From Camelus dromedarius (taxonomy: Eukaryota), in assembly GCF_036321535.1 (NCBI RefSeq), contig NC_087455.1, positions 248,001-312,000 on the forward strand: a DNA stretch of 64,000 nucleotides, in the 5' to 3' direction. The notes below the pieces were generated by a model. The model worked only from the letters and a program-made list of their open reading frames with translations. It had not been told where the DNA came from and made no database searches. Position 1 is the first letter of the stretch, and every line of letters begins with the position of its first letter. This document shows, piece by piece, positions 33,235 to 55,985 of the stretch. The position numbers were made by a program, and so were the translations under genes.

Positions 33235-35769
33235 ATGGCCCCAGGGGCACCCACATTGCTGTTGCTGTTGCTGCTGTCACTATCCAGTGTCCTGCCCTGC
33301 GCTGCCAGCTGTCCAGCTGCCTGCCGCTGCTACAGCGCCACAGTGGAGTGCGGTGCCCTGCAGCTCCACGTCATCCCACCTGGGATCCCGCCCGGGACAC
33401 AGGTGGGCACCGCATGGAGGCTGCTGGGCTGCAGGGGAGGGGTGCCTGAGATGCAGAGGGATGGGGATGTGTTTCCTCGTGGGTGGTTGGGCCCCCTAGG
33501 GAAGAGACAGCCCCAGTGGGGTAAATGCCCTCCCTCCCTCTGGCCCCACAGACACTGTTCCTGCAGGACAACTGCATTGCACACCTGGAACCCGGTGTCT
33601 TGACGCCTCTGGCCTCCTTGCGCCATCTCTACCTGCACAACAACAGCCTGCACGCTCTGGAGCCAGGTGCCTTCCGCGCGCAGTCGCGCCTGCTGGAGCT
33701 GGCGCTCACCAGCAATGGGCTGCGAGGCTTGCGTGTAGGCGCTTTTGCTGGTCTGGCCCAACTGCGTGTACTCTACCTAGCCGGTAACCAGCTGGTGCAG
33801 CTGCTGGATTTCACCTTCCTACACCTGCAGGTGAGTGGGAGAGGGGTGGGCAAGGGCAACAGTTTTCCTGCATTGCCACATGCCCTGCCCGACGGGAGTA
33901 TGGAAAGGGAGTTCTCCGTCAGCACAGTCCAGCCTGGTAAGAAGGGGACCTGTCCTCCAAGGCCCCTTTCCCTGATGATCTACTGTCCCTGCTTCAGCGA
34001 CTGCAGGAGCTGCACCTGCAGGAAAACAGCATTGAGCTGCTGGAGGACCAGGCCCTGGCCGGGCTCTCTTCGCTGGCCCTGCTGGACCTCAGCAGGAACC
34101 AGCTGGGCACCATCAGCCAAGAGGCCCTGCAGCCCCTAGCCAGCCTGCAGGTCCTACGCCTCACAGGTACCGCTTATGGGGTCAAGGGGGTCTCATGCAA
34201 AGGTAGCTTCCTTGGCCACAGTGATGACAGTAGGGAGCAGGCCCAGCTGTGGAAGGGTCTCCAATGGCAGTGCTCTGCAGGGCCACACCACCACCCACAG
34301 ACATGATAGAAGACTGCTAGGAACAGGGGTGCTGGTAGGGGCAGTTCGGGGACCCCGCCCAAGGAAGACAGAAAAAGTACAAGTCCCTGAACAGACTGGA
34401 CAGAGCTGAGTGGCATGCACACTTTGGGGCCATCAGAGGGCAGGCAGGCAAAAACTGGACAGATGAGACCAGGACTGGGGCCATTTCCTGGAGACAGCAC
34501 CTGAAGGCAGGGCCAAGAGGATGTGCGAAGTTTCAGTGCTGGTGGGATGTCTATGTGAACACAGAGGTTCCCCCAAATAGTGAGATTTGTTGCAGGGAGA
34601 GGCTTCAGAGGAGTGGGGACTTTCCGAGAGGTTAGTGAAGTGAACTAGAACATGCATCACGGAACGGAGTTGCGGGTGGGGGTGTGCCCGCCTACACACT
34701 AAGGAGCTTGGGGTCAGAGAAGGGGTGGCAGAGGTCCCTGACTGTGGGAGGTGGGAAAAGGACTCCTGCTCTGGCCAACAACCCAACTGCACAGACTGTG
34801 TTCCGGAGGCACCTGAGCTACCTGCCCGCCGCTGCTCTGCCCACAGAGAACCCATGGCGCTGTGACTGTGCCCTGCACTGGCTGGGAGCCTGGATCAAAG
34901 AGGGGGGCCAGCGGCTGCTCAGCTCCAGGGACAGGAAGATCATGTGTGCAGAGCCTCCCCGCCTGGCACTTCAGAGTCTCCTGGACGTGTCTGGCAGTAG
35001 CCTCATCTGCATCCCACCCTCTGTGCACGTGGAGCCGCTGGAGGTGACAGCCAACCTGGGTGAGGACCTACGGGTTGCCTGCCAGGCTTCTGGCTACCCG
35101 CAGCCCCTCGTGACCTGGAGAAAGGTGGCACAGCCTCGCGAGGGGCCGCCGCCGGCCCAAGCTCAACCAGAAGGTGGGGTGCCGGTCCCAGGCGGGTCCG
35201 GGGCCTCTGACACGGGCAGCGGCATGCTTTTCCTCACCAACATCACCCTGGCCCACGCCGGCAAGTACGAGTGCGAGGCCTCCAACGCCGGCGGCGCCGC
35301 CCGCGTGCCCTTCCAGCTCCTGGTCAACCTGTCCCGGCAGCAGCAGCTGGCGCCCGCGCCGCCCCCGGCCGCCGGCCCCATCAGCCACGAGCCCCTGCCC
35401 GAAGCAGGCAGCATGGCCTTCCGCGCCCTGGGCCTGGCCATGCAGACGGTCATCGCGGCGGCCATTGCGCTCCTGGCGCTCACGGCGCTGCTGCTGGCGA
35501 CCATGATCTGCCGCCGGCGACGCAGGCGCAAAAAAGCGCCAGGGCCTCCGGGGGAGGGCGCTCTCTTCGTCAACGACTACTCCGAAGGCCCCTACACCTT
35601 CGCGCAGCTCGAGGAGCTACGCGACGAGCGGGGCCACGAGATGTTCGTCATCGACCGCTCCAAGCCGCTCTTCGCCGAGAGCCCAGCGGAGACGACCGAG
35701 GGCACGGAACCCGGACCCGCGCAAGGGCTCCCGCTGCAGCCGCCCGCCGCCTACGAGATCCACTGCTGA
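33235..35769 (+). CDS. LRRC24: Leucine-rich repeat-containing protein 24, 512 aa (signal peptide, LRRs, LRRCT, Ig, TM, cytoplasmic tail)
   Basis: Exons 33235-33402, 33552-33830, 33998-34166, 34847-35769 (1539 nt). Motifs CPAACRCYSATVEC, LRHLYLHNNSL, ENPWRCDCALHWL, Ig ACQASGYPQP..W, TM IAAAIALLALTALLL then RRRRRRKK, C-terminus YEIHC. Confidence 0.96.
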
Positions 35770-35856
35770 GGGGCGGGCGGGCGGGCGCGCGCTGATGACG
35801 TAGGCCCCGCGGATTCGCTGGCCCGCGGCTCACCCCGCGCATGCTCCAACATGCTC

Positions 35857-35862
35857 AGTAAA
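35857..35862 (+). terminator. Probable LRRC24 polyadenylation signal (variant AGTAAA)
   Basis: Variant hexamer about 90 nt after the stop; no canonical AATAAA seen nearby. Confidence 0.4.
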
Positions 35863-36794
35863 GGCTGGAAAGCTGCGCAGTGTGCTGCGAGCGTTGTGTG
35901 GCGTCCGGGGCGCGGAGCGAGACTCAAGCACCTAAGGACCCCGGCTCCCCAGTCGGAAGTCCTGCTGCGCGAAAGGAGGGTGGTAGGGTAGGCTGCCAAC
36001 GCCCCGACTGAAGCCCTCCAGAAAAATCCCCCCCCAAAGTCACCCGACCTCCAGCCCCGCCGCCTACTGGAGGAGCCTGGACCACCGCGAGGTGGGCGGG
36101 GTGGACTGTGGGGAAGCCTACGGAAGGGGAGGGGCAGCGGGCCTGAAGGCTTCGTACTCAGTGGCCATGCTAGGGGTGCAGCAGAGAAGGGGACAAGTCA
36201 CTCTAATCAATTAAGACAGGAAAAAAAAAATCCACAAATTTAAGTTCTAAACACACTGCACTTTTGTACCTTAAGGACACCTTCTGGCTCCAAAACCCAG
36301 CTGAGAGGCAGTCTCCTGGGTGTCAAGGTAGGAAGACCCCCTAAGAAGCCCCAGAGAGCGTGGGGGCTCAGTCCTCCTTGAAGCAGGCCTGTCCTAAGTT
36401 CCACCCCAGACCAGTCTGCTCTTGGGGAGGGCCCAGAGGAAAACACTCTCTCTTAGCTCACTGACCCCAGGAACATTCTGAAGAGAGAACCAGGACACCA
36501 GAGGGCAGCCAAATGCAGCTAAACCTAAGCAGGGCCGTGCAGGCCTAAAATCCAGCCCGCAGGCCCGCAAGCGGTCAACCAGTCAGGTTAGCAGGTGCAG
36601 AACAAACTGCGCAGCGCGCTACAGAAAGCATGGGGAGGCTCAGGGTGCACCCGGGAACAAGGAAATCAGAGACTAGTGCCTTTATGTCAGGCCTCCAGCA
36701 GGGTCCCCGCCAAGGGTCTGCCTACCCAAGGGGCAAGGGGCTTCCACGAACCCTGGACCCCCGGACTGCCCGACTCTCACCCAGAGGCGAGAGG

Positions 36795-38558
36795 TCACAG
36801 GCTAAAGTAGTCTGCAGCCAGGCGCCCATAGATGTCTGTGGTCCAGAGCACATGAGCACGGCCCGAGGCCAGCAGCAACTGGTGCAGCTCAGCCTCCACA
36901 CGGGCAAACTTCTCTTCATTGATGGAGGCTTCCAGCAGGACAGAGGCAGGCGGTGGCCAGGGCAGGCCCTCATAGCAGTCCACAGGGAAAGGGTGCACCA
37001 CTGTGCGCAGCTCAGCCTGTGCCACTGAGTCCCGCAGGAGTTCCTTGAGGCCTGCCATGGACAGTGGATTGCCGTAGAGGCCGAGGTAGCGGAGGCTGGT
37101 GCAGCGAGTCAGCACAGGGAGTGTGACCAGCAGCTGGGTATCAGCAAGCTGGCACTCAGTCAGCTCCAGGTGCAGCAGAGTGGCTGCTGCTGCCTGTAGC
37201 AGACCCTGGAAGGGCTCCAGCTGTCTGCCGGACAGGTCGTTGCCACTCAGGTCCAACTTCTTGAGGTGGACAGCATGAGGGCTCTGTGCCAGGAAACGCA
37301 GGTCTTCAGGCAGTAGGGCACAGAAGGCCAGCTCCAGGCTCTCCAGGGGGCTCTGCAGGGTGCTGCAGGGGAGCACAAGGGTTCACAAACAGGCAGGGCC
37401 AGGGGAAGGTCTTGTGGAGGGGATGGAAGGAGCAGGGTAATAGCAGGCCCACTCACCTGAGTAGCTGGTCCAGCCGCCCCGAGAGGAGAGAGGAGCCCAT
37501 GCTGAGCTCCCGCAAACAAGTGAAGCGACCCATCTGAGCCAGGAAGTAGCGGAAGTTGTCCTCACCGTCCACGGAGGGCTGCCGTGAGTCCCCATGGACA
37601 TAGTGCAGCCGCAGGCTGGCCAGGTGCTGGAAGCGGGCCACGTGCGGGATGATGACAGACAGGCCACGCAGGCCCAAGTTGTTGAAGCGCAGGTCCACAC
37701 GGCGCAGGCAGCCAGCATCCAGAAGCTGTAGCAGGGCCACTGTATTGCGCATGGGCAAGTCCTCAGCCCGCAGGTCCCGGCAGCAGAGCCGCAGTGGGCT
37801 GCCTACGCTGCTGCGGAGCGCCTCCCGCAGGAATGCATAAGAGGCCCGGTTCACCCGCAGGTCCACACGCACCTCCACAGGAATGGGGGCCAGCCCTGGC
37901 TCTGCAGTCCTGCCCTGCTGCTGTGCAATGCACGTGCGGGCCACAGCTGCTGTGCAGTCCCACATGCTCATGGTGCCAGGGTCCTGCTCCACGCCGTCAT
38001 CCAGAAGGCCCGTCATGTCCAGCACCCGCAGCACGTGCTTCCTGGGAGCAAGGGTGGGCTGAGACAGGAGACAAGGGAACACAGCCCACACCCACTACCC
38101 GCCACCCTGGGACAGGAGCAGCATGCTTGCTCTTGCATTGAGCTCTTATACCAGACTGGAACCTCCTGTGGAGGATCCTTTTTGCACCCCCCCTCCCCAG
38201 GCCTGAGGGCCACTCCAGTGAGCCCATACCTGCAGAGGGGCTGAGTGCCAGCCTCAGTCTCTGGGGTGTGGAGCCGGGTGGTCAGCCCCAGGATCACGGC
38301 TTGCATGCTCTCAGTACTAGGCCGCTCCTGCAGCAGGGCCCGGCTGCAGTGGGCACACTCCTGCAGCAGCTGCTGGAAGCTGAGCAGTGGGAAGGGCCAC
38401 ATGTGCACCAGCTCCCGCAGCACAACAGTCTTCTTGTCCATAAAGGCCACTTTGAACAGCAAGGGGAAGAGCTCTCGTGGCAGCAGGGGCAGGGCCTGGC
38501 AGGCAGCTGACTGGCACTGGAGCATCTGCCGTGTGCTCAGGAACACAAGCGTGTGCAT
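36795..38558 (-). CDS. LRRC14: Leucine-rich repeat-containing protein 14 (PRAME-like), 493 aa
   Basis: Minus-strand exons 38558-38230, 38041-37457, 37362-36795 (1482 nt). MHTLVFLSTRQ...LPRELFPLLFKVAFMDKKTVVLRELV; KHVLRVLDMTGL; STLQSPLESLELAFC; ends GRLAADYFSL. Confidence 0.96.
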
Positions 38559-39512
38559 GGCGCTGGGCCAGGCAGGAGGCCACCTGCAGGGAAGGGTCCT
38601 TCAGTGGGGAGGACAGACGCGAGGCCACTGCCCCCTCCATGCACTGGTTATGGGAAAGCTCAGCATGGTGCCTAGCACAGAGTGGAGAACCACAGCACCA
38701 AAGATCAAGTGCTAGGTGCCTTGCAATAGGCTGAGTAGAGAGGAAAGGAGCTCAAGGCCACCCCCAGGCCCCACCCTCCAAAGCACGGGGGCATTTTTAG
38801 GGAAACAAAGGTATCAAGCAGTACATAAAACAGCATGGCACCAGAGATGACTGGCTCGCCTGGGTGTACTTCTGATGGCTGTTGCTCTGCAGGGCCCCCC
38901 ATCTGAATCTCAGCCCTCTCAAATCACAAAGCTACTTATCAGAGCCTCCCTTCCTTAAAAGTAGACCAAAGCTCAGGCCCCTCCCCCCACAGCACTAGTG
39001 GGATGGGATACTCCCAGGGGCTAGAAGTTGCATCCAAGTGTCCTCTCTCATAGCCTCCTCAGAATCTCTAGCAGACTGCCCTTGGATTCTGTGCAGCACA
39101 GTAAACGGGAGCTAGAAGTACAGATGCAGCTTTATAAACACCCAAGCAGGTAGACAAGACCAGGACCCAGGGAACTCTAAGTCCAGAGGGCCTGAGGAAC
39201 CCAGGCCCTCAACATGAGCTCCAGTTCTACTATTTCACTGGCAGACATGGAGAACCCTGGAGATTTACAGAAAGGAAAAATGCCTCCTCCACCGGGATCC
39301 TTGTCACCTGTCTAAACATCTGTCTCTTCCCTGGAGAACCACGTTGAGAGACCAAGTCTCAAATCCATGGGGTTCAAAGGCACCAGGCCAGGGGCCTTTG
39401 CTCAGATGCACAGAGGCAGCTGCCAAAGGAACATCCAAGCTGACAAGGAGCGCACAGAAGATGCCTGAGGGCACAAAGGTACCTGTGTGTCAGCTGTGCT
39501 GCTGACTTCACA

Positions 39513-39650
39513 GCAGCAACAGTTAGCCGACTTACTGTGCGCCAGGCACCTCATCCTCAAAACTGCCTCCGGGTCATCACCCTGAAAACAGATTAGAAAA
39601 CTAAGACCTAGGCCGTGCCCGACCAAGGTCACAGCCTTGTGTGATGAACT
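39513..39650 (-). mobile_element. MIR fragment in LRRC14 intron 1
   Basis: CTTACTGTGCGCCAGGCAC..ACAGATTAGAAAACTAAG..CCAAGGTCACAGC resembles the MIR core. Confidence 0.55.
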
Positions 39651-40230
39651 GGGGCAAGGGTGGCAGCCTGGCCCCAGAGCCCCTGCTCTTGCGGACCTCA
39701 CACACAAGTCCTTAGGGCACTGGTTCCTGAGAAGCCCCAGACGTCAACCCTCGGACTCGCTCTGCCTGTGGACAAATCTCGCGAGGACGACTCATACCTC
39801 GCTGTGACAGGACAGGCCAACAGAGCACCTGTCACGAGAGGCAACGAAAGCAGCCAGTGTGGTCACCGTGGGAGGAGTCTCGGTGTGGTGGCCGCCGCCC
39901 CCTCCAGCCGGCCCCAGCTCCAGCGTTTCCCTGAAAACGCCCCCGCCCGGCTTATCCAAGCCTCGAACCGCAGGAGGCCCTCAATCCGACGCCCTTCCAC
40001 CTCCTGGGCGGGGTCTGCCCCTCGAAGCCGAGGCGTCGTCCCCGCGGGGCCAGAGGCCGCTCAGCCCCGCGCCAGGCTCCGGGTCCCACCCCGCAGCCGC
40101 ACCGCCCAGTCTCCCGCCCTTGCTTCCCAGGTGGCGCCGCCCCGAGGGCCAGCACCCGCCTCGTGCGGCCAGGCAGAGCCAGGGGTCGCACACCGCCCCG
40201 CTCAGTCCCCGGCTGGATGCCAGCGCTCAC

Positions 40231-40279
40231 CGGCCTCACAGCCACCACCACCGCTGCCGGCCCCGCCTCGCCGTCTGTC

Positions 40280-40300
<21 letters not shown>
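40231..40300 (-). other. Probable LRRC14 non-coding exon 1
   Basis: Minus donor GGCCG|GTGAGC at 40231/40230; acceptor TGCTAG|G at 38672/38671 opens the ATG exon. The TSS is approximate. Confidence 0.5.
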
Positions 40301-46745
<6,445 letters not shown>

Positions 46746-46924
46746 CTGCTCTGTGCAGAAGGCCCTGTTCTCCCACATCACAGACGACATGGCCTGAGCA
46801 GGGGCTGCACAGCCAGTATGGAGGGTGTCACATATGCAGTTCATCAAGGCAAAGATGGGGTATCAGTGACCAACCACCCTGGGCAAAACCCACCGCCAGG
46901 AGCGTGGGGGCAAAAGGGGTACAG

Positions 46925-46930
46925 AATAAA
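46925..46930 (+). terminator. RECQL4 polyadenylation signal AATAAA
   Basis: Canonical hexamer 180 nt after the stop. Confidence 0.75.
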
Positions 46931-47037
46931 AGATGCTCAAGTTGCTCTTAGGGACCCTCCTTCCGGTGGGGACAACCCCACAGTCTGAGAACCTTGCATG
47001 TCACTCGTCCCAGACACAGGCCACATGCACACTCCAC

Positions 47038-47043
47038 TTTATT
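47038..47043 (-). terminator. MFSD3 polyadenylation signal AATAAA
   Basis: TTTATT on the plus strand, 20 nt beyond the MFSD3 stop. Confidence 0.75.
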
Positions 47044-47063
47044 GACAAGTCTGGCCACCCAGC

Positions 47064-49500
<2,437 letters not shown>

Positions 49501-50014
49501 GCGCCCTCCTGCTTCTGGACCCCTCACCCCGCTCTGCTTGTGGTCTCAGCGCCCTCTCCAGGCCAGTGGCCACAGAGGGCCGTGGAAGGCAGGAGATTTG
49601 TAGGAAATGTCTGAGCCAGGTTCCGCCCGAGGATGCTCCTGGCAGCTGCCGGAAAGCCCCTCTAGTGTCCAATGACAAGGCCTGGAGAGCCTGGCCGGGC
49701 TGGCGCAAGCCTGACTCCAGCTGGCCTTGCTGACGGAGGGGCCCATCCGAAGGGGAAACCAGAGCCGAACATGGGGTCTCACGCCACATCTCCTGACCAG
49801 AGCTGTGCGGTGCGGGCAGCAGTGAAACACGGACGTGGCTAAGAGCTGGATCCAGAGCAGAGCTGGAACCTCAATCAGCACTGTCTCTAAGCCCTCGGGT
49901 CCATGGAGTCAGCCCAACCCCTAGACCAACTCACAGGCACTTGAACCAACATACTCCCTCAGCTGCTGAGGCCACTCTGGCTGGGCTGGGTTTCCTGTCA
50001 TTTCTACACATTCA

Positions 50015-50112
50015 GGGGACCCAGGTTTCTCATCTATAAACCGGGGACTACAGTGCTCACCAGAGGACCGCTTGTGCAGTGACAAGTGTCTGGCACATGC
50101 ACCTAGGTGCTC
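50015..50112 (+). mobile_element. MIR fragment
   Basis: CAGGTTTCTCATCTATAAACCGGGGA..GTGTCTGGCACATGCACCTAGGTGCTCA resembles the MIR core. Confidence 0.55.
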
Positions 50113-50702
50113 ATCCTCCAGTGGCAAGGACACAGGGCGGCCCACCTGCCCCGAGCCTGAGTCGTCCAGCCTAGCTCTGCCCAGGGCACCTTTTCCTCAG
50201 CGTCTTACCTACTCTCTCCCTGGAGCCGGCCGCAGGGCGCTCCAGCTCAGAAGGGGGCCTGCCCTCTCACTGTTTCCCAGCTGGAAGGCTGCGTTTGCAC
50301 AAGGGTGTCACACACACTCACCACACACTCCACACAACAGGGCAAAGCGAGCCCTATTGGTTCCTCCTCCCTCCCTGCTCTTGGCATGGCTGCTCCTCCA
50401 GCAGTCGGAAGAGGCCCCCTGAGGAGAACCAGGACTCCCGCTACTCACTCCATCCAGTCAGCTCCATCCTACAGCTTAACATGTTCTCTGTGCTGCCAGG
50501 TAAGAAGCGGACAGTATGGGAAGGGTGGTGGCCAGGTCAGGGGACACACCTTTCTCTGTCTTTCTCAGAAATGGCTACACCCTGGGACCCTGCACCTGTG
50601 TTTCGTCCAGCCCCATCCTCACCCCTAACACCGCCAGGTTCCCCCTGAGGAGATGCAGGGAGTCTACTGCCTTTCTTCACACCGCTTAACCTCCTAATTC
50701 TT

Positions 50703-50837
50703 TCTCTTTTTTGGTAAATTTAAGCTGGCTTGATTTTATTATTTTATTTTTTAGATAATGGAGGTACTGGGGATTGAACCCAGAGCCTCGTGAATGCTAG
50801 GCATGCTCTTTACCACCTGAGCTATACCCTCCCCCAA
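50703..50837 (-). mobile_element. Camelid tRNA-derived SINE (Vic-1-like) with 18-bp target-site duplication
   Basis: Minus strand reads GGGGAGGGTATAGCTCAGGTGG (A box)...GGTTCAATCCCCAGTACCTCC (B box), then an A-rich tail. Perfect TSD CTTAACCTCCTAATTCTT at 50685-50702 and 50838-50855. Confidence 0.85.
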
Positions 50838-51080
50838 CTTAACCTCCTAATTCTTACGTAAATGTTTGCCAGTATCTGGCCCAAGACCTGTGACCAGGGT
50901 GGAGACCCAGCCAGTGGGAGGTGTGGTGTCTGTAGAAGGTCACCTCCTGTGGAAGCCCTCCTTGACCACTCCTTCTGGGTCCCCCAGAACTGCACAGAAA
51001 AGCAGACAGGAGTGGACAAAGGTGGGGGAGGGGTATACAGGAGTGCACACAGCCTCCAAGAAGTCAGGCTGTCTGGTAGC

Positions 51081-51086
51081 TTTATT
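51081..51086 (-). terminator. GPT polyadenylation signal AATAAA
   Basis: TTTATT on the plus strand, 140 nt beyond the GPT stop. Confidence 0.75.
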
Positions 51087-51225
51087 AGGGGCGTGCAGAG
51101 GGGCAGGGGCCCAGCCCCACAGGCAGCAGGAGCAAATCCAGAGGACTCCAGAGACCCCTCAGAATCCTGAGCACTGTCAGTCCAGGGTCGTCCCTGCCGG
51201 CCCAGCCTGGCCCCCAGCGGCATCC

Positions 51226-53784
<2,559 letters not shown>

Positions 53785-54180
53785 GACACAGCTCAGACCA
53801 GGCAGGGAGGAGGCTCAGGAGGCAGCAAGATCCAGAAATGGGAATAAGAGAAGCCAGGTCCAGGCTGGCAGACCAGGGCTGGGAAACGGGGAGCCTGGGA
53901 AGGGGGGGGGCTTAAGGCAAGAGAGCACCCTCTGCACTGCAGCCTCCTGACCCTACTGAAAGGGACAGAGAAGGCTGCAGAAGGATATGGGGCTACCAGG
54001 CCCCGCCTCACTTGTCTGGGCACAGTTCTGCCCCAGGGAGCCACAGGGAGTGGGTGAGAAGGCAGGCGGGGCTTGGGGTGAGGCCCAGTGCCCGCCCAGT
54101 GTCCCCATGACAGGGGAGCAGGAGACCCACATAGGGGGTAGGGACAGACGGAAGGTTCAAGCTCTGAGGGCCTGGGCCTG

Positions 54181-54210
54181 GGGGAGGGGAGGGGAGGGGA
54201 GGGGAGGGGA
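54181..54210 (+). repeat. (GGGGA)6 simple repeat
   Basis: Six perfect copies. Confidence 0.9.
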
Positions 54211-54976
54211 GCGGAGCTGAGCACCCTGAGGGGATGGCAGAGCTGGGTAGGGCTGAACCTTGAGGGGAGAAGGAAGCCTGGGGCCCCTGGAGATTTACCC
54301 TAGGAGGGCTCAACCTAGGCCCAGCCCTCTCGGACCCCCCATCTTTGCTGAGGCTGGCCGGCCTGTCTCCCAGGTAACTGAGCCAGGCCACAGGAATCCT
54401 GGGGCTGTCGGGGGAGGGGAGTGAGGTGGTCAGACTTGTGGGGTTCCATCTGCCGTCTTGTGCTGAGGACTGTGGCTTAGAGGCCATAAGAGCCCTGTGG
54501 TTAGACCTTGGTCCCCCATCAGGGCTGCAAGGCTGGAATCTCTGGGTCAGGGTGTTGGGGGAGGGGACAGGGGAACTCCGGGCTTTCCCAGGGCCCTTGG
54601 ACACCTCAGCTGCTCTGGGACGCTGCTGTCCTGCCCTTTCTCCAAACCTGCACCAGCCTGGGGCTGCCCTTGGGGCCACACCGCAGGCAGGGTGACCTAA
54701 GCTCCCCTTCCCTGTTGCTCCTGATTGGTGGAGAGAGGGACGTGAGCCGTGATAAGCCCTCAGGCCCCACCTCCACAGGCCCTGCAGGGAGCTGATAGGC
54801 CGTGCCTAGGGTGGCCGCCCCAGCGCCGGTATCTGACCGTGCTGAGGGTCAGGGAGCCGGCCCTCAGCTGAGCTGGGCTGTGGGCATCTGGTCAGGCCTG
54901 AGGGGAGCCTTGGCTGCAGCTCCTACTCCCACTGGTTGGAGAGGAACCACAGAGCCCCAGGTGGCTGGCCTCTCAC

Positions 54977-55190
54977 CTTGCGCCTCTGGCTCCGCCGCCA
55001 CCTCTGCCACCTCTGCCTCCCAGAGCGCAGGCCTGCCCTGCTGGCCCCCAGGCCGGAGCACAGGTTAATATGGGCCCAGCCCCAGGCGGAGCCAGCCCTC
55101 ACCCGCCCCCTGGCAGCAGGGTCCAAGTGGCAGCTGTGGTGACAAGTGAACCTTGGGCAGCTGCACCACAACACATTCTAAATTTAACCG
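54977..55190 (-). promoter_or_regulatory. Probable GPT upstream promoter and short non-coding exon
   Basis: Minus donor CAAG|GTGAGA at 54977/54976; TATA-like TATTAA 55070-55065; nuclear-receptor-like TGAACCTTGGGCA 55147-55159; HNF1-like CTAAATTTAACC 55178-55189; candidate acceptor TTTCAG/TAG near 53953-53956. Confidence 0.4.
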
Positions 55191-55979
55191 GCAACCTACC
55201 CCGGACTCTCCCCTAGCCCTGCTGAGAACACCCCTCCAGCCACTGATGCTCAGGGAAGGGCAGGCCTGTGGACACTGGGCAGACCAGGTCAGCGTCCAGC
55301 AGAGGAGAAGGTGACCTAAGTCCATGCCACCCAGCACTGGTGGCCATGCCAAGCAGCCTGCCATGGGCATGAGCTGGCAGGGCCCCCATCTCTCCCAAGT
55401 GAGGCCTCTAAGGGGCTCCATGATCCTGACACATTGTTCCTGGTCAGCTCAGAAGCCGAGAGGCCAGCTGTTGGCCCTCTTGGCTGGCCCAGGCAGAAGC
55501 TGGCAGCCAGGCCCTGGGATCAGGGCTGCGTGCCAGGAATGGGGGACCCACCCAGCCAGGGAGGTTTCTGATGCAAGCCATCTACCACTCTGCCCCTCTG
55601 GGCCAAGAGTCTCATGTAAAATACTCTCTCCCTTTCCGAGCCAGGATCCCTGCCACTCCAGTGTGGATGACCTCAGCCCGAGCCCCCAAGGACTGTCTTT
55701 CCAAAGCAACCTGTTCTCCTCAAGAAAGCAAAGAGTTACACAGGATCCTCCAGGAGGCTGGGGAGGCAGGGTGCAGTGAAGGCCAGGCTTCTTGCCCAGG
55801 GGCCATGGGCCTCACGCCCATGCAGGGCTGGGCGATACAGGTGAGCCCCAGCAAGCACCTACACGCCTCAGGTGCTCACAGACAAGCACACCCAGGCCTA
55901 GCAACACAGCAGCTCCCCATCATGGAAATGGAGGCCCAGCTGAGACACACGACAAGGCAGGTAGCAGAGCGAATGGCCC

Positions 55980-55985
55980 TTTATC
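55980..55985 (-). terminator. Possible PPP1R16A polyadenylation signal (variant GATAAA)
   Basis: Variant hexamer about 170 nt beyond the stop; no canonical signal seen before the GPT promoter. Confidence 0.3.

Noticed and set aside
50760-50837. tRNA gene
   Set aside because: It has A/B boxes but also an A-rich tail and an 18-bp TSD, and no complete cloverleaf, so it is a SINE.
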